Shown here: positions 26,035-38,975 of the stretch, piece by piece | How the letters are laid out: each line of letters opens with the position of its first letter | How positions within the stretch are numbered: position 1 is the first letter of the stretch | Assembly: GCF_020745735.1 (NCBI RefSeq) | Contig: NW_026867529.1 | Span: forward strand, 124,001 to 188,000 | Direction of reading: 5' to 3' | DNA: 64,000 bases | From: Hemiscyllium ocellatum | Lineage: Eukaryota | Program-made: the position numbers and the translations under genes | Notes under the pieces: model-generated | Told to the model about the DNA's origin: nothing | Seen by the model: only the letters and a program-made list of their open reading frames with translations | Database searches by the model: none

Positions 26035-28351
26035 AAGAGAGAGAGAGCCAAGCAGGCTAAGATAAAAGGTAGGGAGGAGGGACTAGGGGGAGGGGCGATG
26101 GAGGTGGGATAGGTGGAAGGAGGTCAAGGTGAGGGTGACAGGCCGGAGTGGGGTGGGGGCGGAGAGGTCAGGAAGAGGATTGCAGGTTAGGAGGGCGGTG
26201 CTGAGTTGAGGGAACCGACTGAGACAAGGTGGGGGGAGGGGAAATAAGGAAGCTGGAGAAATCTGGATTCATACCTTGTGGTTGGAGGTTCCCAGGCGGA
26301 AGATGAGGCGCTCCTCCTCCAGCCGTCGTGTAGTTGTGTTCTGCCGGTGGAGGAGTCCAAGGACCTGCATGTCCTCGGTGGAGTGGGAGGGAGAGTTAAA
26401 GTGTTGAGCCACGGGGTGATTGGGTTGGTTGGTTCGGGCGGCCCGGAGGTGTTCTCTGAAGCGTTCCGCAAGTAAGCGGCCTGTCTCACCAATATAGAGG
26501 AGGCCACATCGGGTGCAGCGGATGCAATAGATGATGTGTGTGGAGGTACAGGTGAACTTGTGGCGGATATGGAAGGATCCCTAGGGGCCTTGGAGGGAAG
26601 TGAGTGTGGAGGTGTGGGCGCAAGTTTTACATTTCCTGCGGTTGCAGGGGAAGGTGCCGGGGGTGGAGGTTGGGTTGGTGGGGGGTGTGGATCTGACGAG
26701 GGAGTCACGAAGGGAGTGGTCCTTGCGGAACGCTGATGGGGAGGGGAGGGAAATATATCCTTGGTGGTGGGGTCCGTTTGGAGGTGGCGGAAATGGCGGC
26801 GGATGATACGTTGTATGCGGAGGTTGGTGGGGTGGTAGGTGAGAACCAGTGGGGTTCTGTCTTGGTGGCGGTTGGAGGAGCGGGGCTCAAGGGCGGAGGA
26901 GCGGGAAGTGGAGGAGATGCGGTGGAGGGCATCGTCGATCACGTCTGGGGGGAATCTGCGGTCCTTGAAGAAGGAGGCCATCTGGGCTGTGCGGTGTTGG
27001 AATTGGTCCTCCTGGGAGCAGATGCGGCGGACACGAAGGAATTGGGAAAATGGGATGGCGTTTTTACAGGGGGCAGGGTGGGAGGAGGTGTAGTCCAGGT
27101 AGCTGTGGGAGTCAGTCGGTTTATAATAGATGTCTGTGTTGAGTCGGTCGCCCGAGATAGAAATGGAAAGGTCTAGGAAGGGGAGGGAAGAGTCTGAGAC
27201 GGTCCAGGTGAATTTCAGGTCGGGCTGGAAGGTGTTAGTAAAGTTGGTGAACTGTTCAACCTCCTCGTGGGAGCACGAGGCAGCGCCGATACAGTCATCG
27301 ATGTAGCGGAGGAAAAGGTGGGGGGTGGTGCCAGTGTAGTTGCGGAAGATGGACTGTTCCACATATCCTACGAAGAGGCAGGCATAGCTGTGGCCCATGC
27401 GGGTGCCCATGGCAACTCCTTTAGTTTGGAGGAAGTGGGAGGATTGAAAAGAGAAGTTATTCAGGGTGAGGACCAGTTTAGTCAGTCGAAGGAGGGTGTC
27501 AGTGGAAGGGTACTGGTTAGTGCGGCGGGAAAGGAAGAAGCGGAGGGCTTTGAGTCCTTCGTGATGGGGGATGGAGGTGTACAGGGACTGGATGTCCATA
27601 GTGAAAATAAGGCATTGGGGACCGGGGAAGCGAAAATCCTGGAGGAGGTGGAGGGCGTGGGTGGTGTCCCGAACGTAGGTGGGGAGTTCTTGGACTAAAG
27701 GGGACAGGACCGTGTCGAGGTATTGGGAGATGAGTTCGGTGGGGCAGGAGCAGGCTGAGACAATGGGTCGCCCGGGGCAGGCAGGTTTGTAGGAGGTAGA
27801 AACGGGCGGTGCGGGGTTGTGGGACTATGAGGTTGGAGGCGGTGGATGGGAGATCCGACTCAACCTGTCCACCCCTCTCACCCACTCCAACCTCTCACCC
27901 TCAGAACGTGCAGCCCTCCACTCCCTCCGCTCCAATCCCAACCTCACCATCAAACCCGCAGACAAGGGAGGCGCGGTAGTAGTTTGGCGCACTGACCTGT
28001 ATACCGCTGAAGCCAAACGCCAACTCGCGGACGCCTCCTCTTATCGCCCCCTTGACCACGACCCCACCTCCCACCACCAAACCATCATCTCCCAGACCAT
28101 CCAGGACCTCATCACCAATTCAGATTTCTCCAGCTTCCTCATTTCCCCTCCCCCCACCTTGTCTCAGTCGGTTCCCTCAACTCAGCACCGCCCTCCTAAC
28201 CTGCAATCCTCTTCCTGACCTCTCCGCCCCCACCCCACTCCGGCCTATCACCCTCACCTTGACCTCCTTCCACCTATCCCACCTCCATCGCCCCTCCCCC
28301 TAGTCCCTCCTCCCTACCTTTTATCTTAGCCTGCTTGGCTCTCTCTCTCTT

Positions 28352-28387
28352 ATTCCTGATGAAGGGCTTATGCTCGAAACGTCGAAT
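28352..28387 (+). ncRNA. Minimal hammerhead ribozyme motif (intact core)
   Basis: attc-CTGATGA-A-GGGC(ttat)GCTC-GAAA-C-GTC-gaat; identical mirror of 25999-26034. Confidence 0.8.
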
Positions 28388-31300
28388 TCTCTATTCCTGA
28401 GATGCTGCCTGGCCTGCTGTGCTTTGACCAGCAACACATTTGCAGCTGTGATCTCCAGCATCTGCAGACCTCATTTTTTACTCGAAGATTTTGTACAATA
28501 GCCTACTGTGGGAAACCTTATCAAATGCCTTGCTGAAATCTATATACACCACGTCAACCGATTTACTCTCATCTACCTGTTTGGTCACCTTCTCAAAGAA
28601 CTCAATAAGATTTGTGAGGCACGACCTACCCTTCACAAAACCGTGCAGACTATCCCTAATCAAATTATTCTTTTCTCGATGATTATAAATCCTACCTCTT
28701 ATAACCTTTCCAACAACTGAAGTAAGGCTCACTGGTCTATAATTACCTGGGCTGTCTCTACACCCCTTCTTGAACAGGAGAACCACATTTGCTATCCTCC
28801 AGTCTTCTGGCACTATTCCTGTAGACAATGACGATTTAAAGATCAATATAAAAGGCTCGGCAATCTCCTACCTGGCTTCCCAGAGAATCCTAGGACAAAT
28901 CCCATCAGGCCCAGTAGATTTATCTATTTTCACATTCTGCAGGATTTCTAATACCTCTTCTTTGTGAACCTCAATCCCAACTAGTCTAGTAGCCTGTATC
29001 TCAGTAATCTCCTCGACAACACTGTCATTTTCTAGAGTGAATACTGTCGAAAAATATTCATTCAGTGCTTCCCCTATCTCCTCTGACTCCACACACAACT
29101 TCCCACTCCTATCCTTGATTGACCGTAATCTTACTCTTGTCATTCTTTTCTTCCTTAAATACCTATAGAAAGCCTTAGGGTTTACCATGATCCTATCCGC
29201 CAACAACTTCTCATGTCTCTGCCTGGCTCTGTCGAGCTCTCTCTTTAGGTCTTTCCTGTCTACCATGTAACCCTCAAGTGCCCTACCTGAGCCTTCACAT
29301 CTCATCCTAACTTAAGCCTTCTCCTTCCTCTTGACCAGAGATTCCACTTCCTTCATAAACCACGGCTCTTGCGCTCTACAGCTTCCTCCCTCCCTGACAG
29401 GTACATACTTATCTAGGACACACAGGAGCTTTTCCTTGAATAAGCTACACATTTCTAATGTGCCCATCCCCTGCAGTTTCCTTCCCCATCCTACGCTTCC
29501 TAAACCTTGCCTAATCGCATTGTAATTGCCTTTCCCCCAGCTGTAACTCTTGCCCAGTGGTATACGTCTATCCCTTTCTATCACTAAAGTAAACAGAACA
29601 GAATTGTGATCGCTATCACCAAAGTGCTCACCTCCTTCCAAGTCTAACACCTGGCCGGGCTCATTACCCAGGACCAAATCTAATATGTCTTCACCCCTTA
29701 TTGGCCTGTCTACATACTGTGTCAGGAAGCCCTCCTGCACACACTGGACAAAAACTGACCCATCTATAGTACTGGTACTATCGTGTTTCCAGTCAATATT
29801 TGGAAAGTTGAAGTGCCCCATGAGAACTACCCTGTCTCTCTCACTCCTATCGAGAATCATCTTTGCTATCCTTTCCTCTACAACTCTGGAACTATTCAGA
29901 GGGATGGGCTCTCAATGCTGGCCAAGCCAGTGACACTCACATCACATAAAATGAATATTAAAAAAAAGAATGCCTGCAAAATTAAAACAGCTCCACACTG
30001 TCCGAACTGCCATCTCTGCCTCTTCTTATTGAGGAAGACAAAAGAATCTCACCTTGCCTTTCCCATGCTCACCTTTCTCACCAAAGCCCAGTATTCACCC
30101 CGGCTCTCACTTATACCAACCAGCAGCACTGCCACCACCAACACAGCAGCCCCTCTCAAAATGTCTTGTCAGTAAATTTTTATTAACTGCTTACTTCAAT
30201 TACAATGCAATCTCTACAATCAGACTCAGTACCATTTAGGTGACAACCAATTTTCTGACAGATTTTCTCAATCTCTCTCCTTTTTTGGTTAGAGGGAGGG
30301 AGGGAGGGAGGTGGAAACACGACAGTGATGTAAGATATATGTACAACAGTGAGACAGGAATGCGAGGATGGCTCATGTTGACTCTCAGACACAGCAGAGT
30401 GAAGCAACACATTTACTGCAAAATAAACATAACATTTCATCCCCACTCACACCCGGCATGACAGAAATAAAATGCGGATCGGTTGGATAGGCTGGGTTTG
30501 TTTCAGCTGGAGTTTGGGAGAGTGAGGGGTGACATCACTGAAGTGTCTAAGATCCTGAATGGTTTGATAAGGAGGATGTGGAAAGGAAGGTTCCTCTTGT
30601 GGGCCATTCCTGAACGAGAGGGAACTGCTTTAAAATTGTGTTCACCCTCTCAGGACAGAGATGAGGAGAGTTGTTTCCAATCAGAGGGCAGTGCAACTTT
30701 GGACCTCTCTGCCCCAGAAGGTGGGCTCACTGAGTATTTTAAGACACAGGTTGATAGATTCTTGTTAAGGGATGTTGGGGGGAGATGGAATACAAAGCAC
30801 AAACAGATCAGGCCTGGTCTTATTGAACGATGGAGCAGGCTCGAGGGGCCGAATGGTCACCTTCTGCTTCTTTCCCACATGATCCAAGGACTGACACTGA
30901 GGTGAGCCATCAGAAACTGAGCAAGTGACCACCATCTAATAGGACAGAGATACTGATCCATCAGCCTGAAGCTAACTGACCACGTGGCTGTCAGTGACTC
31001 CAACACAAGTGAATGGAAACATTGCTCAGAGCCTGTTTCTGTAACATTCAACACAACCAGGAAAAAAAAAGTGAATAATTAGCTGCAAACAAGGCCACTG
31101 CTCTTTTAGAGTCAAAACCATTCAATGTTCAGTTAGTGAACATTATTGACTCTCAGAATATTCTAACCTGCAGAATCACAGTAAAAGGGGAAAATAAACA
31201 ACATTCTTGGCAAAGACATAATGAACCAACTGCTTGTATAAAAACAGCTCAGAACAAAGGGGCTGAATCCTCCACAAACTGACAAAAACAGATACCATCA

Positions 31301-32189
31301 GATTTCTCGAGAGAGATTGGAATTCTTTAGAAAAACCCTTCCCTGTTGATGGTGTGTGGGAGAAACCATTCTCAGTGAGAACTGCCACTTCATTTCCTTT
31401 GAAAAGAATCTCTGTTTCCCCTCAGAAAGGCAGGTGTGTCGCTCACTTACAGACTGACTTACAGACAAAGGAAACCTGAACTGAGACTCGTAGGTTAATT
31501 AAGCTATCAGTGACAGTCCATTACACACAACAAGAGCTTAGACCACAACAGGTTTTAGTGAAACCAACCAATGAAAAAGGTGAATTAGTCTTTATAATCA
31601 TGCAGCCTCTCTCAATCAAATAACCCCAGTCAACTTCTAAACATTTTAAAACTATTAATACCAATGTCTACATGTTTATTTCCATTCCTAATTTACTCCA
31701 AAAAATATATCTGGTTATTGTCTTTAAAATATATTTTAAATGGTCAGTTCATAATCACAATTCATTTCCAATTATTCTTCGTGCAAAGAAATTTGCAAAC
31801 TAAAATAGTTCTCAAGTCAGTAATGACACTGGGAACATTGTTATGTAGTTCAACCATATTTCGAAATATTGTTTTGGTTCATTATTGCAGTGAAGCTAAA
31901 ATTAAAATCTATTTGTTTTCTCTGGTATCCTTCCATTACTTTATTCCCTAATAATAATGCCCATGGTGTAATGGGTGACAAGCATTAAAATGACGGTGAA
32001 TTTTCAATGCAAGAACTGGTACAAATAATCACAGTTCATTCGTTGTCGTTGATGATCAGGGTTATTTCCATTGTATGATCACATTAAATTCACTTAAATA
32101 ATCACAGTACAATTCTCACCTCTATAGATATGTAAAGTGAATGTCAAATTATTAATGTTTCAAGTCAAACCAAATTCACATTTTGTTCT

Positions 32190-35100
32190 GTGTTATTCCA
32201 GGAATGATGGAACGTGTTACATTATTCTGGGAAACAGGAACAAGTGAAGGTGGTGGCTCTCAGACGTGAGGCCTTAAAGCCAAAGGGCCAGGTGGTAGTT
32301 ACAGTGGGGGAGGTACCTAGTGCCCCGCTCTCCTCAGTCGGCAGTGAGGACGGTGACACTGACTGGAACAGGTTAGACGACAAAGCGCCCACGTATGGTC
32401 AGATGGATGGCAATGGGTGGGATGACCCACCGCCCTGTCAGGCCCAGAAGGCAGTGTCTCTGGCACCGCTGGGCATCAAAGCTCAAACTTGGACAGACAG
32501 TAGGGAGTAACAAAGGGAACTGACAGAAACTAAACCTGAACTGTTTACCCGGCTGAACGACAGATGTTGGTGAATGACCACCCAGCCTGATGGAGAAATG
32601 GTAATAATGGGCCTTATTGGGAGAATATGGATGAATTAGTTGAGGTCCACAGTCTCACCGAAGATGATGTAAGGCCAAGATCTTTCAGGCCAAGATGCCC
32701 TGATGTGTACAGCAGAACCTGTCCCTGCAATGAGAGGGTTAGGGTGTGAGCCAGTTCCCCTCAGTGCACAGCCAATCAGTGCCTCCAGGCATTTACAGAT
32801 ATTGCAGGGACACACTGGGGAGGGGACAGGCTGAATGGGCTAAAATAGCCCTGGTGACTCAGGGACCCAAGGGTCATATTGAGGATCATACAGAGAGGAA
32901 GCCTGAGGTGTGTAAGGACCATGGGGGATTACCAAACACCAACCTGTGATGATGAAATAGGTTTGATGTATTTTAAAGATGACATGGGACCCTATTTAAC
33001 TGTAATTATAAACATGGGACTCCCAGTGGAGATCATTCTAACCACACTCTGAATAGGGCCATGACAACTGAGGCAAACTCAGAAACACAGGGGAATAGCT
33101 GCAGTACAGGGAGGGGAACCAGATCCACAATGTTACAAGGGAAGCAGGAAAGGGCACATAGCCAAGGGACATAGCCAGAGAGAGGGAGATAAATGTTCAC
33201 ATTGTGTGTGGCCTGTGTTCACGTCTGCACATGCATAGCCCAAGAACGTTTCTTGATGTGCTGTTTGGGACCAACAGCACATGATGTTAATACAGGAGCA
33301 TCCACGTCAGTTACGGATATGGGTTTACCCCTAATACCCGCAAATATTAAAAGGGAGCAGTTGGAGGGGGAACCGAGGAAGCTAGATGAAGCGAACCTGT
33401 CCCGATGCAGATCACGGATATGACAAAATGTATTCAGATATGGGAGTGTGAAACTGAGGAAGGGACCACTCTGGGAGTTACCATTTTAGAACAGTTAGAA
33501 GCAATTATTGATGTTGGGACCCGAAATATAACATGGGGACGCTCCGGCCAGGACTGAGATAGGAAGGAAAGGAGAGGTGACATCTCCAGAGTAGTTGCAT
33601 TGCAGGGAGACTGGGACAGTCAGGGAATCTGGGGAGTTATAGTTAGGACCCTCTCAGCGGTGTGGGTAACTCAAACAGGAATGTGCGTTATTATCTGTAG
33701 GTCCTGTAAAGATAGAGGGCCCTCTCACTCCCCGTACAAACAGGATCCCATTAAAGCTGGGGCCGAGGAGGCAGTAAATGTGACAGTGATAGATTGAGAG
33801 AAGCAGGGAATAGTCAGACCGATAGTATCCCGGACTAATTCACGGAATCCGGATGGTTCATCCCACCTCACTATTGATTGTACCTCCCTGCCAATAAAGA
33901 ATAACCTACAATAGCCAACCTCGCCGCGATATTTAATGGATTGAAATCACAACAGGATGCAGTCTCAGCTCTTGATATTGTGAATGGGTTCCAATCCGTA
34001 CCTGTGTACCCAGAATGCCAGAATAAGCTGGTGTTTACTGTCGAAGGAAAACAGTACACCTGGATCCAGTTACCTCAAGGATCCCTCAGTATTCCAGTAT
34101 ATCCCACCGATGTATGGCTGATGGAGTTAGTCACATTGATCTTACCGACACCTCATTACCTCAGTCAGTGAGAAGGAACATATCTGGATATTAAACAGAC
34201 GATTGGGTCAGGTCAGCCAGGACGGACTTAAAATTAACCCACAGAGAGTGCAACTGGGAAGGTAGGGAGAGACGTACCTGGGACATCATATCAGGGAGAT
34301 CACATCAGGAAGGGAGAGGGGAGAGTCCCAGCAGAATGAAAGACCTTGATCTTAAAACTATCCATGTGCACACACTGTGAAGGGGTTAAGGTAAACTTTA
34401 GGATTGTTTAATTATTGGAGGACTTATGTGGAGAATTATCCAGAAATAGTAGAACCATCACAAGCCCTGACAGAAGCACTGACATTAGCCAGGGGTCAGG
34501 GAGTCAGCATATGCACAGACAGTCAGCATGCCTTTGGTATTGTTGATGGCCATGTGTTGGCCTGGGCTCGGTGAGGGAACATCACCCTGTCTGGGGGCCA
34601 CATAGAGCATGAGGAACAGGTCAGAGAGTTAGTGGAAGCAGCTAACTTTCCCAGTGAAGCAGCAATAATGAAGATGAGAGCTCACAGGGAAGTAGAAACT
34701 GCACAACAATGGGGCAGTGAGTATGTGAGTAAGGCAGGTGAAATACTGACTGAAACAGTGCAGACATTTGGGGATGTGGCAGTCGCTCCAGAAGCGAGAA
34801 AGGAAAGTTGAAGACATTCCCAGAAATAGCCCCACAACAGGAGAAAGAGGAATGGGAAAAAGGGTGGGGTAGTAATAGGACAAGACAGAGTCTGGATGAT
34901 CCAGCAGTGCCACCACACTGTATAAGACAAACATTATTAAAAATATATCATGGGCAGGTCCATCTTGGGCAGGATACAATGCAATATCAGATGACCCACT
35001 ACAGGGGTGGCCTGGAACAGGGAGAGATACAGCAAGGTTTTGTCGAAGGGGTGTAGTCTGTGCACAATGTGAGCCAGGGAAAACAATCAGGACAAAATGG

Positions 35101-35870
35101 AGGCAGCAGCAGGGACCCAGGGGCCCATGGGAACAATTATGGATGGATTTTACACATACCCCCATCCCAATCCCAGGGAAAGAAATCCTGCTGGGTCTTA
35201 ATAAGCAGGTTTACTCAGTGGGTGGAAGCATTCCCCTGCAGATTCTGACCAAGGGACGCATGTTACAGGGAACGTAGTTAAACAGCTATGTGCCCTGTTT
35301 GGTACTGAACAGAAATCCCATCCCCCATCCCATCCCCAGAGCTCAGGGACAGCAGAAAGAATGAAGCAGACACTGACAGCTAGTCTGATTAAGGCCCTGA
35401 CAGAGACAGCCAGGGATGGGTTAGAGTACTCCCCACCAACCTAATGAAACTGAGGTCAACCCCAGCAAAGGGAATGGGGCAGTTCCCCTTTGAATGAGTG
35501 ACTGGACGGACTATGCAGCTGCCAGAGGGTGTGGTAGTGGGAGGGCTGGAGATGTGCAATGGCAAGGAGAGAGTTTGTGAAAGAACTGGCAAAGCAACTG
35601 CATGAGCTGAGAGGGGAATTTGCAGAAGGATAGAGAATCAGAAATTGGGAAAGGGAGCTCATAAACATCCCAGCTGACATCCTGAACCCAGGGGATCGGG
35701 TCAGGGGGAAAATATTCCTGGAAGGTATGAAGGAAGTACATCAAAATGCTGGACTTGGCTGGGGGAGCCACAGCGTTCCAGAGAGGGAACTCTCCCATCA
35801 TGCATTAGTAAGGAGCTCTGAATAAACATTGGTCGTGCTGCTCAACACAGAACTCAAGGCTCCTCTTCGA
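32190..35870 (+). mobile_element. Decayed endogenous retrovirus (gag?-pro-RT-RNase H-integrase), spuma/loki-like
   Basis: Protease remnant VNTGASTSVTD (~33290). RT KQDPIKAGAEEAV...EKQGIVRP...PDGS..LTID, ALDIVNGF and GKQYTWIQLPQG. Connection LGLFNYWRTYVENYPEIVEP. RNase H VSICTDSQHAFGI. Integrase YHGQVHLG, GPWEQLWMDFT, RFTQWVEAFPC, SDQGTH and HPQSSGTAERMKQTL. Many stops and frameshifts. Confidence 0.85.
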
Positions 35871-36034
35871 TATTTCTCCCAGCAACAGCTGTGCAGGGGC
35901 ATGTTGCTGGCTGGAGGGCTGTGGGCAGTACCTCTGTTCCACAAGGAGCAGAACTGGGACATCTGTTGTTTGCAACATTTATCAATGATTAGCCTGAAAG
36001 TATAGGTGGAAGTTAGGAACAGCAAGGGAGCAGC

Positions 36035-38975
36035 CATCTCATTCGGGGTTTTCTACAGACCACCTAGTATCAGTAGAGAGATTGACGAATTCATAGGCGG
36101 GTAGATTCTCGAAAAATTCAGACGTAGCAAGATTGTTGAAATGGGTGATTTCAACTTTCCCAACATTGACTGGAAACTCGTAAGTGCAGATGCTTAGATG
36201 GATCTGTTTTTGACAGGTGCGTTCAGGACGGCTTCCTTACTCAGTATGTAGACAAGCCGGTGAGGGGAGAGGCCATTTTAGATTTCGTGTTCAGCAACCT
36301 GCCAGGACAGGTGTCAGATCTCACGGTGGGAGAACACTTTGGTGACAGTGATCACAACTCCCTCACATTTAACAAAGCCTTGGAGAGGGAAAGGAGCAGT
36401 TACCGAGGGAAAATATTTAATTGGGGAAAAGGAAATTATGACACTATTAGACAGGATTGGGAAATACCGACTGGGAGCAATTGTTCCACAGAAGGGGCAC
36501 AGCAGACATGTGGAGACTTTTTAAGGAGCAGTTGTTGCGAATGATGCACAAATTTGTTCCTCTGAGACAGGTAAGAAGGGGTAAGATTAAGGAACCTTGG
36601 ATTACGAGAACAGAGGAGCTTCTCATCCGGAGGATGGAGGCAACTTATGGAAGATGGAAGAAGCAAGGATCTAGCTTAGCTTTAGAGGGTTATAGTCTTG
36701 GGAGAAAGGAGATCCAAAATGGACTGAGGAGAGCCAGGAGGGGGCACGAGAAAGGCTTGGCAAGAAGGAGTTGGGAGAATGTAACGGCATTTTCCTCAAA
36801 CGTGAGGAATAAGAGAATTATCACGGAGAAGCTAGGACTGATCATGGATAGCGGATGGAACTTGTGCATGGAGTCTGAGCAGACAGGGGAAGCCCTTCAT
36901 GAGGTTTTTGCTTCGGTTTTCAACAAGGAAAGAGACCCTTGTTGTGAATGAAAACTCTGAGGAGCTGGGATACAGAGTGACCAGATCTAGACTGGTGAAG
37001 GAGATGTGCTGGAAATTTTGGAAAACATTAAGATTGATAAGTCCCCAGAGCCAGACCAGATTTATCCTCAGCTGCTTCGGGAAGTGAAACAGGAGGTTGC
37101 TAAGCCGCTGGCCAGGATATTTGCGTCCTCACTCTCCACAGGAGTAGCACCATGGGATTAGAAGGAGGTGAATGTTGTTTCTTTTTTCAAGAAGGGTAGT
37201 AGGGAGATCCCTGGCGATTACAGACCAGACAGTCTTATGTATGTGGACAGCAAAGTATTGGGAAGAATTCTGAGGGATAGGATTTATGACTATTTGACAA
37301 AGGATAGTGTTATTAAAGGCAGTCAGCATGGCTTTGTGAGGGGCAGGTCATGTCACAAAAATCTGATTGAGTTCTTTGAGGAGATGATAAGATAGGTCGA
37401 CGAAGATCGAGCAGAGGATGTGGTGTACGTGGAATTCAGCAAGGAGGTTGATAAAGTTCCCCATGGTAGGCTCATTCAGAGAATCAGGAAGTATGGGATA
37501 CAGGGAGATTTGGCTTTCTGGATTCAGAATTGGATTGGCTGACACAAGGCAGAGAGTGTTTGAATATGGAATGTATTCTGGCTGGAGATCAGTGTTGAGT
37601 GGGGTCCCACAGGACTCTGTTCATGGTTCTGTGCTCTTTGTAGTCATTGTAAAAGACTTGGATGAAGGGGTTGAAGAATGGGTTACGAAATTTGCAGATG
37701 ACACAAATGTTGGAGGTGCCATCGATGGTATCCTGGGCTATTGCAGGTTGCAGTGCCACATAGGTAGGATCCAGACCTGGGCTGGGAAATGGCAGATGGA
37801 GTTCAATATGGATAAATGGGAAGTGGGGCATATTTGAAGGTCGAACTCGAATGCTGAACATAGGATTAAAGACAGGATTCTTGGCAGTGTTCAGCAACAC
37901 AAGGATATGGGTGCAGAAGTACGTAGATCCCTCAAATTTGCCACCCAAGTGGATAGGGGAATTGAGAAAGCATATGGTGCTTTGGCTTTCATTAACAGGG
38001 GGATCGACTTTAAGAGCCACGAGGTTTTGCTACAGTTCTACAATCCCTGGTGAGACCACACTTGGAATATTGTGTCTAGTTCTGGTCGTAGTGTAAAAAG
38101 TGAGGTCTGCAGATGCTGGAGATCAGAGCTGAAAATGTGTTGCTGGTTAAAGCGCAGCAGGCCAGGCAGCATCCAAGGAACAGGAAATTCGACGTTTCGG
38201 GCAAAAGCCCTTCATCCGTCGAATTTCCTGTTCCTTGGATGCTGCCTGACCTGCTGCGCTTTAACCAGCAACACATTTTCAGCTCTGATCTCCAGCATCT
38301 GCAGACCTCACATTTTACCCAAGTGGATAGGGTTGTTAAGAAAGCAGATGGTGTTTAGGCTTTCATTTACAGGGGAATTGAGTTTGAGAGCAGCGAGGTT
38401 TTGCTACAGCTCTACAAGTCCCTGGTGAGACCACACCTGGAATATTGTGTCCAGTTCTGGTCGCCCTGCTATAAGAAATAGACAGAGGCTTTGGAGAGGG
38501 TGCAAAGAAGGTTTACCAGGATGCTGCCTGGACTGGAGGGCTTGCCTTATGAAGAAAGGTTGAATAAGCTCAGACTTTTCTCTCTGGAGAGAAGGAGGAA
38601 GAGAGGAGACCTGATCGAGGTATACAAAATAATGAGAGGAATAGATAAAATCAAAAGCTAGAGAATTTTCCCCAGGGCAGGATTGACTGGTACGAGGGGG
38701 TCATAGTTTTAAGATATTCGGAGAAAGGTATAGAGGAGACGTTAGAGGTGGGTTCTTTATGCAGAGTGTTGTGAATGCATGGAAGGCTTTCCCAGCAGTG
38801 GTGGTGGAAGCAGAGTCATTAGGGACATTTAAGTGACTGCTGGACATGCAAACGTTTAGCAGTGAGTTGAGAGGTGTGTGGGTTGTTATTATATTTTACA
38901 TTAGGATTAGACCTCGGCACACTGTCGTGGGCCAAAGGGCCTGCTCTGTGCTGTATTTTTCTATGTTCTATGTTA
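36035..38975 (+). mobile_element. CR1 LINE ORF2 remnant(s) interrupted by a PLE palindrome
   Basis: GVFYRPPS, MGDFNFPNIDW, KGSQHGFVRGRSC and VTKFADDTNV; tail tttctatgttctatgtt at ~38960. Confidence 0.9.
38090..38316. mobile_element. PLE pseudo-LTR palindrome (~100-bp near-perfect arms; hammerhead 5' core lost at the centre)
   Basis: Arms ~38094-38194 and 38217-38316, with a ~22-nt loop. Confidence 0.88.

Larger units (their letters stand above)
25939..28487 (-). mobile_element. Penelope-like retroelement (RT plus GIY-YIG, frameshifted) with an internal inversion, inverted pseudo-LTR termini and a 15-bp TSD
   Basis: RT motifs DIQSLYTSIP, QTKGVAMG and FLRYIDDC. The alternate frame carries the GIY-YIG YCIRCTRCGLLYIGETGRLLAERF. 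IKPADKGGAVVVW lies on the inverted piece 27855-28106. TSD attttgtacaatagc at 25924-25938 and 28488-28502. Confidence 0.93.
24827..29895 (-). mobile_element. 5'-truncated CR1 LINE (endonuclease C-terminus, RT, 3' tail), frameshifted and interrupted by a PLE
   Basis: Minus ORF pieces 29312-29860, 28868-29305, 28478-28846, 25647-25946, 25426-25614 and 25103-25384 (VLMGHFNFPNIDW; NYRPVSLTSVVGK; VSKFADDTK); (ttcta)n-type tail at ~24827. Confidence 0.92.

Noticed and set aside
26278-27885. Numerous overlapping GC-rich ORFs on both strands
   Set aside because: They are antisense or alternate frames of the Penelope RT; only the RT/GIY-YIG frame has recognisable motifs.
31160-31650. Possible 5' LTR of the ERV (TATAAAAA at ~31238)
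   Set aside because: No matching 3' copy, PBS or TG...CA termini could be identified in the window.
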